A DNA stretch of 64,000 nucleotides, from contig NC_043001.1 of the NCBI RefSeq assembly GCF_006345805.1, forward strand, positions 112,220,001 to 112,284,000, read 5' to 3'. The position numbers were made by a program, and so were the translations under genes. A model generated the notes under the pieces. The model searched no databases. It saw only the letters and a program-made list of their open reading frames with translations, and had not been told where the DNA came from. Position 1 is the first letter of the stretch, and every line of letters begins with the position of its first letter. Shown piece after piece: positions 1 through 11,864 of the stretch. The stretch comes from Octopus sinensis. Its lineage: Eukaryota.

Positions 1-181
1 TTACTTTATAACTTTACTTATGTCCTCGGGTATCTTACATGGATGTGATCTTTCGTTGTTTTTCCCTTATGCCTATGTGAGTTATTTATGAGTATGCATT
101 GTCTGGGAGACTTTTTCTTGCAGTAGAAGAAATAGCCAAATTTTGGGCTGCTTTCTAAAAAGCTCGGTGTGTGGGTAAGTA

Positions 182-251
182 TATAATCTATTATAATATA
201 TATATATATATAGATAGAGAGAGAGGAGAGAGAGAGAGAGAGAGGAGAGGG

Positions 252-301
<50 letters not shown>

Positions 302-515
302 CAGACAGATAGATAGATAGATTGATAGATATGTTTCTTTAAGCCACACAGGGCTGCACACAGATAGAACAAATTACAAGGTAGAGCTTTTCTTTTGGGG
401 TAAAAAAAGGGAGTGGTGATTTTCGATCACAAAGGGATCGTAAAAGGAAAGAAAGAGGACAAAAAAAGGGAGGGGTTAATGGTAATAAAAAAAAAAATTT
501 TTTAAATAGATAGAT

Positions 516-554
<39 letters not shown>

Positions 555-555
555 G

Positions 556-595
<40 letters not shown>

Positions 596-597
596 TA
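182..597. repeat. Compound (TA)n/(GA)n/(GATA)n microsatellites
   Basis: Direct reading of tandem di- and tetranucleotide runs at 182-325 and 505-597. Confidence 0.95.
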
Positions 598-731
598 TAA
601 TCTATTTTTCTCTCTCTCTTTCCCCCTATCTAAATATCTATTTATCTCTTTTTATACACGCCACACTCATATATAGAGATAAAGACAAATAAGCATACAC
701 AATGCACAAATGCACATATATACATACACAT

Positions 732-773
<42 letters not shown>

Positions 774-869
774 GCACAAACAGATGCGCGCGCACAGACA
801 CACAAGCGTGCGCGCACCCACACATATATGCTTTTAAATATGAATATGTATTTAAATATACATACTGCT

Positions 870-871
870 AC

Positions 872-915
<44 letters not shown>

Positions 916-1051
916 GTGACGTTGGCGTTGATCATAAGGATGATGATAATTATGCTTCAGTTAATATAACAGTGTAATTACTGCTTCTGTTGCTACTACT
1001 ACTACTACTACCACCAGCACCACCACCACCACCACCACTACTACTACTACG

Positions 1052-1083
<32 letters not shown>

Positions 1084-1146
1084 CACCACCACTACTACTA
1101 CTACTACCACCACCACCACCACCACCACCACACCACCACCACCACC

Positions 1147-1193
<47 letters not shown>

Positions 1194-1420
1194 CACAATC
1201 ACAACCATCTCTGCTATTACTACTATTACGACTGTTGCTGCTGCTGCTGCCGCCGCTGCTGCTGCCGCCGCTGCTGCTGCCGCCGCTGCTGTTATTGTTA
1301 CTACTACTACTGCATTTGCAATCTGTTATTACTACTATTACTACTACATCTGCTGCTGCTGCAACTACCACCACTACTACAACAACAACAACTACTACTA
1401 CTATACTACTACTACTACTA
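870..1420. repeat. Compound trinucleotide microsatellite (GAT/CTA/CCA/CTG)
   Basis: Tandem trinucleotide runs; they explain the poly-D/V/L/S/H ORFs in the track. Confidence 0.95.
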
Positions 1421-2328
1421 CTACTGTTGTCTTCGTCGAAACCGCTTCTGTTATTGTTACCGTCGTTGTTGTTGTTATTATTGTTATTGGTTTCGAATGC
1501 TGTTGTCGCCGCTATTGTTGTTTAGGAAACTTTACTGAATTTAATGGTTTCTAGTCTAGTGACGTCATCACAGTTCAATGAACATCGGTTGACAGCCAAT
1601 GATAGATGACCCATCTCACAGGAACATATTCTGGTTTCGGCGACAATATGTCGCCACCTCGGGGACCCCCCACTGACCTGAACATGCGCACAGACATTAC
1701 ACACAGTGCGCAAACACACACACACACACACATAGAGACAAAGACACACATTTATATTCATAAATATGCATACACACTAAAATCCCTAATAAACACGCAT
1801 AAAAAAACAAACTCCTTAGTACACACACAATGTTTCCCCACTAGATCACCGTGACCTTAATCCCGATCAACACAGTAACACCATTGTTATTGTTAGCACA
1901 AAGGATTAATGGATAAAGTTACCAGGAGTAGTGTTGGCAATGGTTATGGAGAAACTTTACCGTAACCGTCAATATTGCTCAACCATAGTTCTAGCACCTC
2001 ACTTTAATACTAAACGCCTTTTACGATTACTTTGGCGATCAACTGTATCATTATAAACTGTACGAACGAGCATTTGAGCCTCTTTGAGGTGTTCCAACTT
2101 GCCAAACATCTCCAAAATCAAATGTCGATAGTATCAAAATCTTCTACGAAACATATAGGAGGAGGCAGTCCTGTTGGCTTTTCCCGTCGTAAATTACCGA
2201 TAAAGGTTCCGCAATTTCTTGCTGAATAGCCTGGGCAAATGATTTGCCCATCGTGATCAAGTGTTTGTACTACACATTAACTCATTCCCTTCATGAAATC
2301 GATATTGCTTATACAGATGCACTTATAT

Positions 2329-2460
2329 ATTGGGTCACCCGATAAATAATGCGGTTTTTTAAATACTTCTTTTATTTTTCAAAATTAAAGTAAACAAAGT
2401 TTTTTTTATTAATCTAAAACATAATCTTCATTTTTTTTACAATGCTCTTCCGAGAATTAA
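2329..2460 (-). mobile_element. Probable 3' end of a mariner element (TIR plus last codons)
   Basis: TA-TTGGGTCACCCGATAAATAATGCGG resembles a mariner TIR. The minus strand reads approximately W-K-S-I-V-K-x-E-D-Y-V-L-D-stop, like a mariner transposase C-terminus. Confidence 0.45.
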
Positions 2461-2809
2461 CTGTCTATAGTTAATTCATCGATAGTTAATTCTGGGACAA
2501 TCTGTATAATCTGTGTCAGATGTTGGGTGATGTATTCTAAGTTTAGTCGTATTTGTTTTGTCTACTCTTGTTAATCTTTTTAGGAACCAGTCGAAAATGA
2601 TGTAACAAGAGCTTATTACGAAAGCAGCCATAACATACAGCGAAATATGAAATTTCGAAAGCAGTATAGATCTCTGTTAACCCATTTTCGTCTTTTAGCT
2701 TTATTTTATGTATTAATGTACTACAACTATTTCCTCAGCTCATTTTCTTTCATGTTTACGCGCGTTCTACTCCTTGTACTTCACTAACTCATTGGTATTT
2801 ATAACATCC

Positions 2810-3795
2810 TCTTTGGTAATATTTATATTGTGCAGCTCTATCATGCTGTTGAGGTACTCTGTAGGCGCTAGAAGACTGCATTTGGAGACAACATGATCAA
2901 TGGTTTCATTTTGTTGTCGGCATATACGACATGTTGGGCTACTGCTGTTCTTTAATAGTTGGCCTGGTAGAGTTTCTTGTGGTAGGCATTGATCTTGAGC
3001 TGCTATGATAAACCCTTCTGTTTCAGATTTTAAGCCAGAGGCCATTAGCCATTGATGGGTCAGAGCTTTGTCAATATCTGCATTATTCGCTCTTTGGGTA
3101 TTTGCCATAGAGAGGTTTTCTTGCCATTTATTATTCAGAATATCTAAGGCCGCAGTTTTGGCACGGGTGTTCATGCGCCTAGCTTTTTCTGTACTTGTTT
3201 CTTGTATGTCTATCTCTAATTCCGAAATTGTTGTATTCGGAATTCACTTAGATATTCCTTTGCCTGTTTTGTTACTGAGTATGATGCTTTCTTGTTTTCA
3301 TGTTTTGAGACAAGTTTTAACATCCAGTCCTCAGAGTTTTTCAGGTAGGTGTCTAGGCCAATTGTAGCAATCTTCATTGTTATTGCAAGTTGCAAAAGAC
3401 CACGGCCTCCCTCTTTTCTTGGCAGATAAAGTCGTTCTGTATCTGCCTTAGGGTGGTGCATTCTATGCATTGTCAACAGTTTTCTTATTTTTCTGTCGAG
3501 CTGACATATTTCAGTAATTGACCAGTTGACGACATTGAAACTGTAAGTCACGACTGGCATGGCTAATGCATTGATCGCTTCGATCCTGTTTCTTGCATTC
3601 AGCTCTGTCTTGAGTATTACTCTCACTCTTCGACAGCATTCTCTCCTGATCCTTTCCTTCATCTCTGAATGCCTTATTCCGTTTCCTTCAATTACCCCTA
3701 GGTACTTGTAGCTCTCAGCTGGGTCTAGTTCTTTTATGACATTCTGCTGGTCAAGGTTAACGTTAGATGTTTCTGTCATTTTTCCTTTGATAAAG
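2810..3795 (-). mobile_element. R4/Dong-clade non-LTR retrotransposon fragment (RT thumb to CCHC knuckle), frameshifted, truncated at both ends
   Basis: ORF 3216..3779 has YKYLG, RRVRVILKTELNARNRIEAIN and HPKADTERLYLPRKEGGRGL. ORF 2767..3174 has LKSETEGFIIAAQDQ and the knuckle CRICRQQNETIDHVVSKC. The 5' end abuts a (TAA)n array on the element strand. Confidence 0.85.
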
Positions 3796-3796
3796 G

Positions 3797-3821
3797 TATT
3801 ATTATTATATTATTATTATTA

Positions 3822-3869
<48 letters not shown>

Positions 3870-3900
3870 GTTATATTATTATTATTATGTGTTATTATTA
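3797..3900. repeat. (TTA)n microsatellite
   Basis: Tandem TTA run. Confidence 0.95.
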
Positions 3901-4115
3901 TGTCGTGGTATAAAAGATGAGCTACTGCAAATATTCTGCTCAATATCACAGATTTGTTTGTCAGTTGTTTGACTGTAACCAGTTGAGCATGTCCCTTGGT
4001 AGCATCTCTGATCACGAGCATAAGTAGTGGGGAGCATCATAGCCATGTGTTGAGAGGAATTCTTTGAGGGTTGGCTAATTCATCTCTGGAAACGTGGCAT
4101 GAACTGCTCTCACTC
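3901..4115 (+). mobile_element. Non-coding (TAA)-tailed element, internally deleted copy
   Basis: Aligns by eye with 45745-46294. Ends GAACTGCTCTCACTC followed by (AAT)n at about 4116-4165. Confidence 0.75.
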
Positions 4116-4166
<51 letters not shown>

Positions 4167-5251
4167 CCTTTACTATAGAACAAGGCCTGAAATTTGGGGG
4201 AGGGGATAGTCGATTACATTGACCTCAGTACTCAGTACTAGCAGATACTTAATTTATCGACCCCGAAAGAATGAAAAGAAAATTCAACCTTGTCGGAATT
4301 TGAACTCAGAATGTAACGAGGTGCGATTTTGCTAGCTCGAAGCCTTAATAATATTAGTAACAATAATAGCCCTTTCTACTATAGGCACAAAGGCGGAAGT
4401 TTTGTGAGAGGGGACTAGTAGATTACATCGACCCCAGTCTTTCACTGGTTCTTAATTCATCGACTTGAAAAGGAAGAAAGGCAAAGTTGACTCCAGTGGA
4501 ATTTGATCTCAGAACGTAAAGAAATGCCGCTAAGCATTTTGCCCGATGCGCTAAAGATTCTGTCAGCTCGCTGCGTCAAATGCTAAGTCGCCCTCAGCGG
4601 AAAAGCCGTTAATTATTTTTCATGGCTTGCTAACGATTCTGCCAGCACACTGATAATGATGACGATGATGATGATGAAGATGACGACGACAACAACGTCG
4701 GTGATTATGAGTTGCTTTATTCTTTATTTGTTTTGCTTGTCTTTAAGCTGTCAAATCAGAAAAAAAATGGACGAGTTTTCGTTAATTCGATTAAAACAAT
4801 TTATGCCGTTTTTCACTTCACTTTAAGATATAATAGTAACTGCTGACCCTGTCTACAAAGCAAGCTATAAATAAAAACTGCCGACATGTAGTGTTCAGTT
4901 GTAATGAATTTCATTGTTTAACTACTTGTCCTTTCGTATTCCTCATCTTGGGTTGTTTTGCAGTGTTTTGAAACCTCCCCTCTAAAGTTACTTACATGAA
5001 TATACGCTAGATCAGTTAATCTGTCTTTTAATTCCATATCATATGGAAGGTTTACGTATTCCCTGTTACTCAGCTCACTATAAGAAAATAAGAACCGCTC
5101 AAAATTGAGTCGGTCAACAGATTTCTCAAACTCAGAGAAGCGACAAAATTATAAAGAACACTTAATGATGTGATAGTTATGTACGACTTAATGTAGATGA
5201 CCTAAACTCCGTCATTGGCTTGTATTACGGTTGTTGATGCTCATGCTCTTG

Positions 5252-5418
5252 CTTCTTCTTCTTCTTCTTCTTCTTCTTCTTCTTCTTCTTCTTCTTCTTC
5301 TTCTTCTTCTTCTTCTTCTTCTTCTTCTTCTTCTTCTTCTTCTTCTTCTTCTTCTTCTTCTTTCCTTTTCTTTCTTCTTCTTCTTCTTCTTCTTCTTCTT
5401 CTTCTTCTTCTTCGTCTT
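5252..5418. repeat. (TCT)n microsatellite, probable (GAA)n tail of the adjacent minus-strand retroposon
   Basis: Long TCT run abutting 5420-5905. Confidence 0.9.
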
Positions 5419-5419
5419 C

Positions 5420-5905
5420 TTCCAATCAGGACTCACGCCATTAGCCACAAAGAATAATCTCTAATTCGACCCTACTCTTAGCTACTAAGAATGCGTGTGG
5501 CAACTTGAAGATCTACCCACCACACGCGATAGACTGGTGGTTGTAAGGGTGCGAAAGCTACGCTGTTATCCTCATTCCGTAAACGGTGGATTTTAACGGG
5601 TGGAGAGCTGAGCCATCCTGGGGTACAGAGGAGTCGCAATCTAGACTAGGGTCTGAAAATTTACCACACACACCATAGTGGGTTACAACATGGTTCCTCT
5701 AGTTTGTGGCCGAAGTAGGAAGAAAGAGTGAGAGAAAGTTGTGGTGAAAGAGTACAGCGGGGTTCACCACCCTCCCCCGCCGGGGCATCGTGGAGCTTAG
5801 GTGTTTTTGCTCAATAAACACTCACGTTGCCCGGTTTGGAAATCGAAACTTCGTTCTTTCGACCGCGAGTCCGCTGCCCTAACCACTGGGCCATTGCGCC
5901 TCCAC
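5420..5905 (-). mobile_element. tRNA-derived SINE (family B head) with a different 3' body and (GAA)n tail
   Basis: 5716-5905 matches the tRNA-like head of copies at 33832-34215 and 61812-62172 (GTGGAGGCGCAATGGCCCAGTGGTTAGGGCAGCGGACTCGCGG). 5420-5715 differs from those copies. Confidence 0.65.
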
Positions 5906-6056
5906 TCGCTGCTGCTGCTGCTGCTGCTGTTGTTGTTGCTGTTATTCTTGTTGTTTTCTGTGCTTTTGTTTACCCGAAATCAGCCCTAACCTAGCAGATT
6001 CGCCACTAAAGATTTCCAGTCGTAGCCCTTCATATATCTTGTACTATTTATATTCC

Positions 6057-6276
6057 TATTTCTTTACTACCCACAACAGGTTAAACGCAGAGAAGACAAA
6101 CAAGGACAAACAAACGAATTAAGTCGATTAGATCGACCCAGTACGTAACTGGTACTTATTTAATCGACCCCGAAAGGATGAAAGGCAAAGTCGACCTCGG
6201 CGGAATTTGAAATCAGAACGTAGAGACAGACGAAATACCGGTAAACGTGCTAACGTTTCTGCCAGATCGCCGCCTT
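6057..6276 (-). mobile_element. tRNA-derived SINE family A, near full length
   Basis: Contains the family core GTCGACTTTGCCTTTCATCCTTTCGGGGTCGAT (minus strand). More decayed copies lie at about 4170-4560 and 6440-6865. Confidence 0.85.
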
Positions 6277-6918
6277 GTACTATTTATATACCAGGTACTA
6301 AGATCGGTTTCAAAATTTGGTACAAAGCCAGCAATTTTGAAATGATAACGTATCGAAAGAGGAAATACTGCTAAGCAGTCTGCATGGCGCAGAAACGATC
6401 CTGCCTGTTCGCTGCCTTATCTACAATAACAACGCTAATAATCATTTGTACTATAGGCACAAACCTAAACTTTGTAGGAGAGGGCTAGTTGATTACATCG
6501 ACCCAGGTGCTTACTGGTACTTAATTTACCGTTTCCAAAACGATGAAAAACACAGTCGGACCCGTCAGAATTTGCCTTCAGAATGTGAAGCGAGACAAAA
6601 ATAATGCAGAGCATTTTGTCTGGCTAGCTACAGTTTCTACCAGCTCACAGCTTTACTACAATTAACAAAAATGGTTTCAAATTTTGGCACGGGGCCAACA
6701 ATTAAGACGGAGAGATAAGTCGATTACATCGATCCCAGTACTTATCTGGAACTTATTTTCCCGACCCCGAAGAAGCAAAGACGGCTTCGACAGAATTTGA
6801 ACTCAGAACGTAAAGAAGTACGAAATGCTGCTAACCATTTTGCCCGGCCTGCTAACGATTCTGGCAGTCACATCCCTGCTCTATTCTTGGGATATTCTTT
6901 TGTTTGTAAAATTACGTT

Positions 6919-7001
6919 TCATCTGATGATTACAATTTTTTTGTAATACAGTAATGTTCTCATTCTTCTATTAAAATATGTGTTAGAAACAGCTGTAATG
7001 A
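6919..7001 (+). ncRNA. Type I hammerhead ribozyme candidate with long stem II
   Basis: Stem I TCAT(6919-22)/ATGA(6998-7001); core CTGATGA 6923-29; stem II base TTACA/TGTTA (4 of 5 pairs); GAAA 6986-89; palindromic stem III ACAGCTGT; GUA cleavage after 6997. Confidence 0.6.
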
Positions 7002-7238
7002 GCTGACAATTATCCATCGGTGATTATTATTCATTTTATTATAATACACCAAGGGGATTTACTCAACATGATGCGTGAATTGGACCAGGCTCTATGCGCT
7101 AAATACTCATAGTATTGGTTTCCTCGGTGTACACAACCGGAATATTCTATTTGATAATTACCAGCCATAGGCCGGAACCACTATTTTATCATTTCTAGTG
7201 CCTGATTCTATCTCAATCCTTATTTTACTATATATATA

Positions 7239-8412
7239 ACGGTTGGACAAAATAATGGAAACACCTTAAAATTTTAAGCAAATATATTTTAATATGGGGT
7301 TGGACTGCTTGAATACTACGAGGTATGGGCTCGTACAAAGTTTCAGTTGTTCCCAGGGGTATTTTTGTCGATTCTTCAGCTAAAACAGTCTGATGATGGT
7401 GGTGTACATCGAGTCTTTACTTGATTTTCTAAAATGCACCATAAATGTGCAATAATATTGAGACCTGGGGACTGCGTTGACCAGATAAGATGTTCAACTT
7501 CACTAGAATGTTCCTCGTGCCATTCAGTAACAACTTTAGCTGTGTGAATTGGTGCATTATCACTCTGAAAGATTGCTTTTCCCTCCAGAAACAGTTTCGC
7601 AACCATAGGATGAATTTGATCAGATAAAATGCTTAATTACTCTTGACTATTAATTCTGCCATGAAGGCAGATTCCCAAGATATAGCCCCCTCCCAGAATA
7701 TCACAGATCCTCCTCCATGTTTAACAGTTGGAAGAAGGCCGTCTGGGTCAAATGATTCTTTTGGCTGTCTCCACACATGTACTCGACCGGTGATCGGAAA
7801 TAAGGTAAAGGATGACTCGTCCGAGAAAATACAACATTCTTTCACTGCTCTAGGAACCAATTCTATAGGTTTTTATTCCACTCTAAACGCTTTACAACGT
7901 TTGTTTTTGAAAGTAGTGTTTTTCTGATTGCAGCCCTCCCATGAAATCCGGCCTTGTGCAGCTCCTGGCGCACAGTCTATGTGGGAACTGGGCTCTCGAG
8001 ATGGTCATTAAGCTCTCCAGTAATTTTGGGATCCTTTCTAACAATTTGCGTAAGAATCCGACGGTATCTGAAAGTTTTGGTTTTCTTCCGGAGTTTTGTT
8101 TCGACGAGGAAGTTTTCCTTCTTTCGAGACAGTACTTCTTGAAACACTAAACATTTCGGCTGTTTTCGTTTCGCTAGCGCCTGACTTATGAGCACCAACA
8201 ATTTGACCTCTTTGAAAGTCCGATAGATCTGTTATTTTAATGAATTTTAATTAACTTTTTCTGATGATATCTGAAAAGAAACAACAATTTTAGCAAAACA
8301 TATTAAGCAACACTAATAATAAATAAAAAAAATAAAATAAAATAAACAAGCTTTTGACGGTTTTATAGATATTTCAAATTATGATGCTGTTTCCATTATT
8401 TTTCCACACCTG
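7239..8412 (-). mobile_element. Decayed Tc1-like DNA transposon, D-D36-E catalytic spacing
   Basis: TIRs ACGGTTGGACAAAATAATGGAAACA / TGTTTCCATTATTTTTCCACACCTG with flanking TA. Frameshifted ORFs carry FSDESSFTL, TVKHGGGSV and DNAPIHTA...QSPGLNII(A)HLW. Confidence 0.9.
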
Positions 8413-8457
8413 TATATATATATATATATATACATATACGACATATACATATACAAA

Positions 8458-8493
<36 letters not shown>

Positions 8494-8835
8494 AGTGTAG
8501 TTTGAATGAACAGTTCAACCTCCTCCATTTTCTTCTAACAAAGTGGTCTTAAACTAAAAAACATAGAAATATAAGGAAAAGTGTAAGATATTTTTTTACC
8601 TTTTATATCATTGACTTCACTATGTTCTTTAAAATTGGTATTCTTTTGACTATCAAACAACTTTAACCTTCTTTATACAAGAAGACTGGATGGTCAGACG
8701 TCAGCTGTATCATGGACGATCTAGAACGCAACAGCAATAACAACAATAGCAACGAAAACAAGAAACCAATTCTTTATTCAAATATTTTGATGTTTGAATT
8801 CTATGAGTATATACTCCTTACTCCTTTACTCCTTT

Positions 8836-9230
8836 ACTTGTTTCAGTCATTCGACTGCGGCCATGCTGGAGCACCGCCTTCAGCCGAGCAAATCGACCCC
8901 AGGACTCACTCCTTGTAAGCCCAGTACTTATTCTATCGGTCTCTTTTGCCGAACCGCTAAGTGACGGGGACGTAAACACACCAGCATCGGTTGTCAAGCA
9001 ATGCTAGGGGGACAAACACAGACACACAAACACACACATACATATATATATATATACATATATATACGACAGGCTTCTTTCAGCTTCCGTCTACCAAATC
9101 CACTCACAAGGCATTGGTCGGCCCGAGGCTATAGCAGAAGACACTTGCCCAAGATACCACACAGTGGGACTGAACCCGGAACCATGTGGTTGGTAAGCAA
9201 GCTACTTACCACACAGCCACTCCTGCACCT
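8836..9230 (-). mobile_element. tRNA-derived SINE family C, near full length
   Basis: tRNA-like head GCAGGAGTGGCTGTGTGGTAAGTAGCTTGC...GGTTCAGTCCCAC on the minus strand. Partial copies at about 10885-11020, 22476-22745, 28030-28200, 37785-37890, 39445-39645, 60710-61155 and 61561-61720. Confidence 0.8.
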
Positions 9231-10073
9231 ATGTAAATATTTGTTTTGAAATTATAATTCTTTATCTAACACACAGCATCGATATTCGTTCTCCTATTTC
9301 CTTGTATGCATTTCTGCTTTATCGTTTAAATATTTTATTTCGGTATCATTTTGTCCTTATGTTAGAACGATAGAAGCCTCTGGTTGAAACTGAACCTCTT
9401 CTCACCACACACACACACCATCACCACCACCGATTCTAGTTAATACATTTCTGGTTCATGATATAAGCGACAAGTTGTAATTAAGTGTTTCTCTAATACA
9501 CATCAGTGAACAGCTAGTGTTACATCAGACTCGATCATGTAATACGAGATTCTCCTTACCTCACACGATCTTCACTTTCCACGCGACCGTCTGTCTCTCT
9601 GCATTGAGCTGATAAGCAAAATAGCAACAACAGAACCAAATGAACCAAAAAAAGAACAATAAAAATAAAAATAAAAGAGCAAATACTATTTTTTTTAAAA
9701 AATATCAACAACAGCAAAAACAAAGAAAAAAAGATAAAAAAACCTAATCACGTGTACAAAATAGCAAAATATAATAAAGCTGGTGACATGAAACGTCAAA
9801 AAGTGAAGGCGGTAGCGAGGGGAGCGGTGGGCTGACAGACAATAAAGCCGACATGTAGCTTCAATAAATGAAAAGACCAGACGTTCTTGTATCATTAAAT
9901 CATTATGATGCAGACTATACGGATGGATTTGTGTCTGTTTAACGGGGGGAGTAAGTTTCAACAGTGTCCCTCATTGGTCGTTAACATTCTCTTTGGTTCC
10001 TGCAGAACTTGGCATTGGATTTACTGGAGAGATGTGTATGTGTGTATGTGCGTGTGTGTGTGTGTGTGTGTAT

Positions 10074-10115
<42 letters not shown>

Positions 10116-10194
10116 GCAGAGCGATTGAGTTGCAGAGATAGGGATTAAGATGTTAAAACAGAGACAGTATGTGAGTTACACTATATGTGCGTGT

Positions 10195-10241
10195 ATAATA
10201 TAATATGTATATATATATATATAATTATATATATATATATA

Positions 10242-10282
<41 letters not shown>

Positions 10283-10412
10283 CATATATATATATGTATA
10301 TATATATATAATATATATATGATATATATATATTTATATATATATATGTGTATATATATATTTATATATATATATGTATATATATATATATTTATATATT
10401 TATATATATATA

Positions 10413-10455
<43 letters not shown>
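10195..10455. repeat. (TA)n microsatellite
   Basis: Long interrupted TA run. Confidence 0.95.
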
Positions 10456-10458
<3 letters not shown>

Positions 10459-11210
10459 AAACATAGTGTGTGTCTGTTAGAGAGAGACAGGGGAAGAAAG
10501 AGAGAGAGAGATTGTAATGGAGTTTGAGTGAGAAAGGATTGACATGTGATGACAGAGATAAAGAGACAGAAATGGAATCGGAAAACGAGTGAGGAATCAG
10601 ATCGTTGGAACGGTTTCGCCTTTCCATTTGTCTAAATACTGTTGACAATAAAACACAAAACATATGATCTTTATTAGGGGTCACTTCTCCCTCTTTGCTC
10701 AGTCATCCACTTTACACAGATCATTGCTTACAACTGCTACTCATGTTGCTGCTGCTGTCGCTACCTCTGTTATTGTCGCTGCTGCTGCTGCTGTTGTTTT
10801 GTCATAGATCAGCCCTGATTGAACAAACGTATTGAGAGAATTTTGGACCATTCTTTGTTGTTTTCGTATGGTTCTGTGGCAAGAAGCATGCGTCCTAACC
10901 ACATGTTTCCAGGTTCAGTCCCGTTGCGTGACAGCTTGGGCAAGTGTCTTCTGCTATATCCTCGGGCCTAGCAAAGACCTGTGAGTGGATTTGGTAGACG
11001 GAAACTTAAAGAAGTCCGTCGTATATATATATAATATATATATATATATATACGAGAGAAATGGTGACATGGAGACCCAAAGGTCTCAGGTAATACTGAA
11101 TAAGTGCTATAGACATACTATAGTTAAGTTTCAGATTCGGTAATATTGCGAATAAAGGGTCTGCGTTGGTTATATGTCAGCGGGTGGTATCTATGAATTT
11201 TTTGCGTAAT

Positions 11211-11318
11211 AAGATAAAAAAAGTCATGCTGTATAGATATTAGAGCAATTTATAGATAGAAATGTCTTACGGATATCTATAAATGCTCTAATATCTATAC
11301 ACCCTGATTTTTTATCTT
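11211..11318. repeat. Short foldback hairpin (MITE-like)
   Basis: Inner arms 11230-11258 / 11274-11301 (one indel), outer arms AAGATAAAAAA / TTTTTTATCTT. Confidence 0.7.
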
Positions 11319-11361
11319 GTTATACTCAAACAATCCTTATATGTATAATATATATATAATA

Positions 11362-11392
<31 letters not shown>

Positions 11393-11764
11393 TCTTCTCA
11401 TATTATTCTTTGTATTTGTTTCAGTCATTTGACTGCGGCCATGGAGGGTCGTTAGACCAGACGAAGGTAAAATAGCGAACGCTGGAGGAGGAGGAATTTT
11501 ATGATGGCGGGGGTAATAGTGATGCTTGTTGAGGGGGTGATTATGACAGTGTAGACAAGAACCAAACACTGCAACCACGTCGTTTAGGGGTTTTTGTCAC
11601 CCCACCCTCCTCGACAACCGTTACTGGTTGTCATCTTAGCACTTCGGTAGACAGAACGATAGAATAAGCACTGGGCTTTTATATTTTCAACTAAAAGATA
11701 TGGCCATAGTTCAATGAATGAAAGTGATAAAGGTAAAAGATATTATTATTATTATATTATTATT

Positions 11765-11864
11765 NNNNNNNNNNNNNNNNNNNNNNNNNNNNNNNNNNNN
11801 NNNNNNNNNNNNNNNNNNNNNNNNNNNNNNNNNNNNNNNNNNNNNNNNNNNNNNNNNNNNNNNN
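11765..11864. other. Assembly gap (100 N)
   Basis: Run of exactly 100 N, typical of a scaffolding join of unknown size. Confidence 1.

Noticed and set aside
1560-1600. CRE palindrome TGACGTCA plus CCAAT (another CRE at 38105-38112)
   Set aside because: One or two 8-mers are expected by chance in 64 kb; no other promoter evidence.
2032-2270. Unique-looking stretch with short ORFs on both strands and a GGGCAAAT-G-ATTTGCCC palindrome
   Set aside because: No recognisable domain or splice pair.
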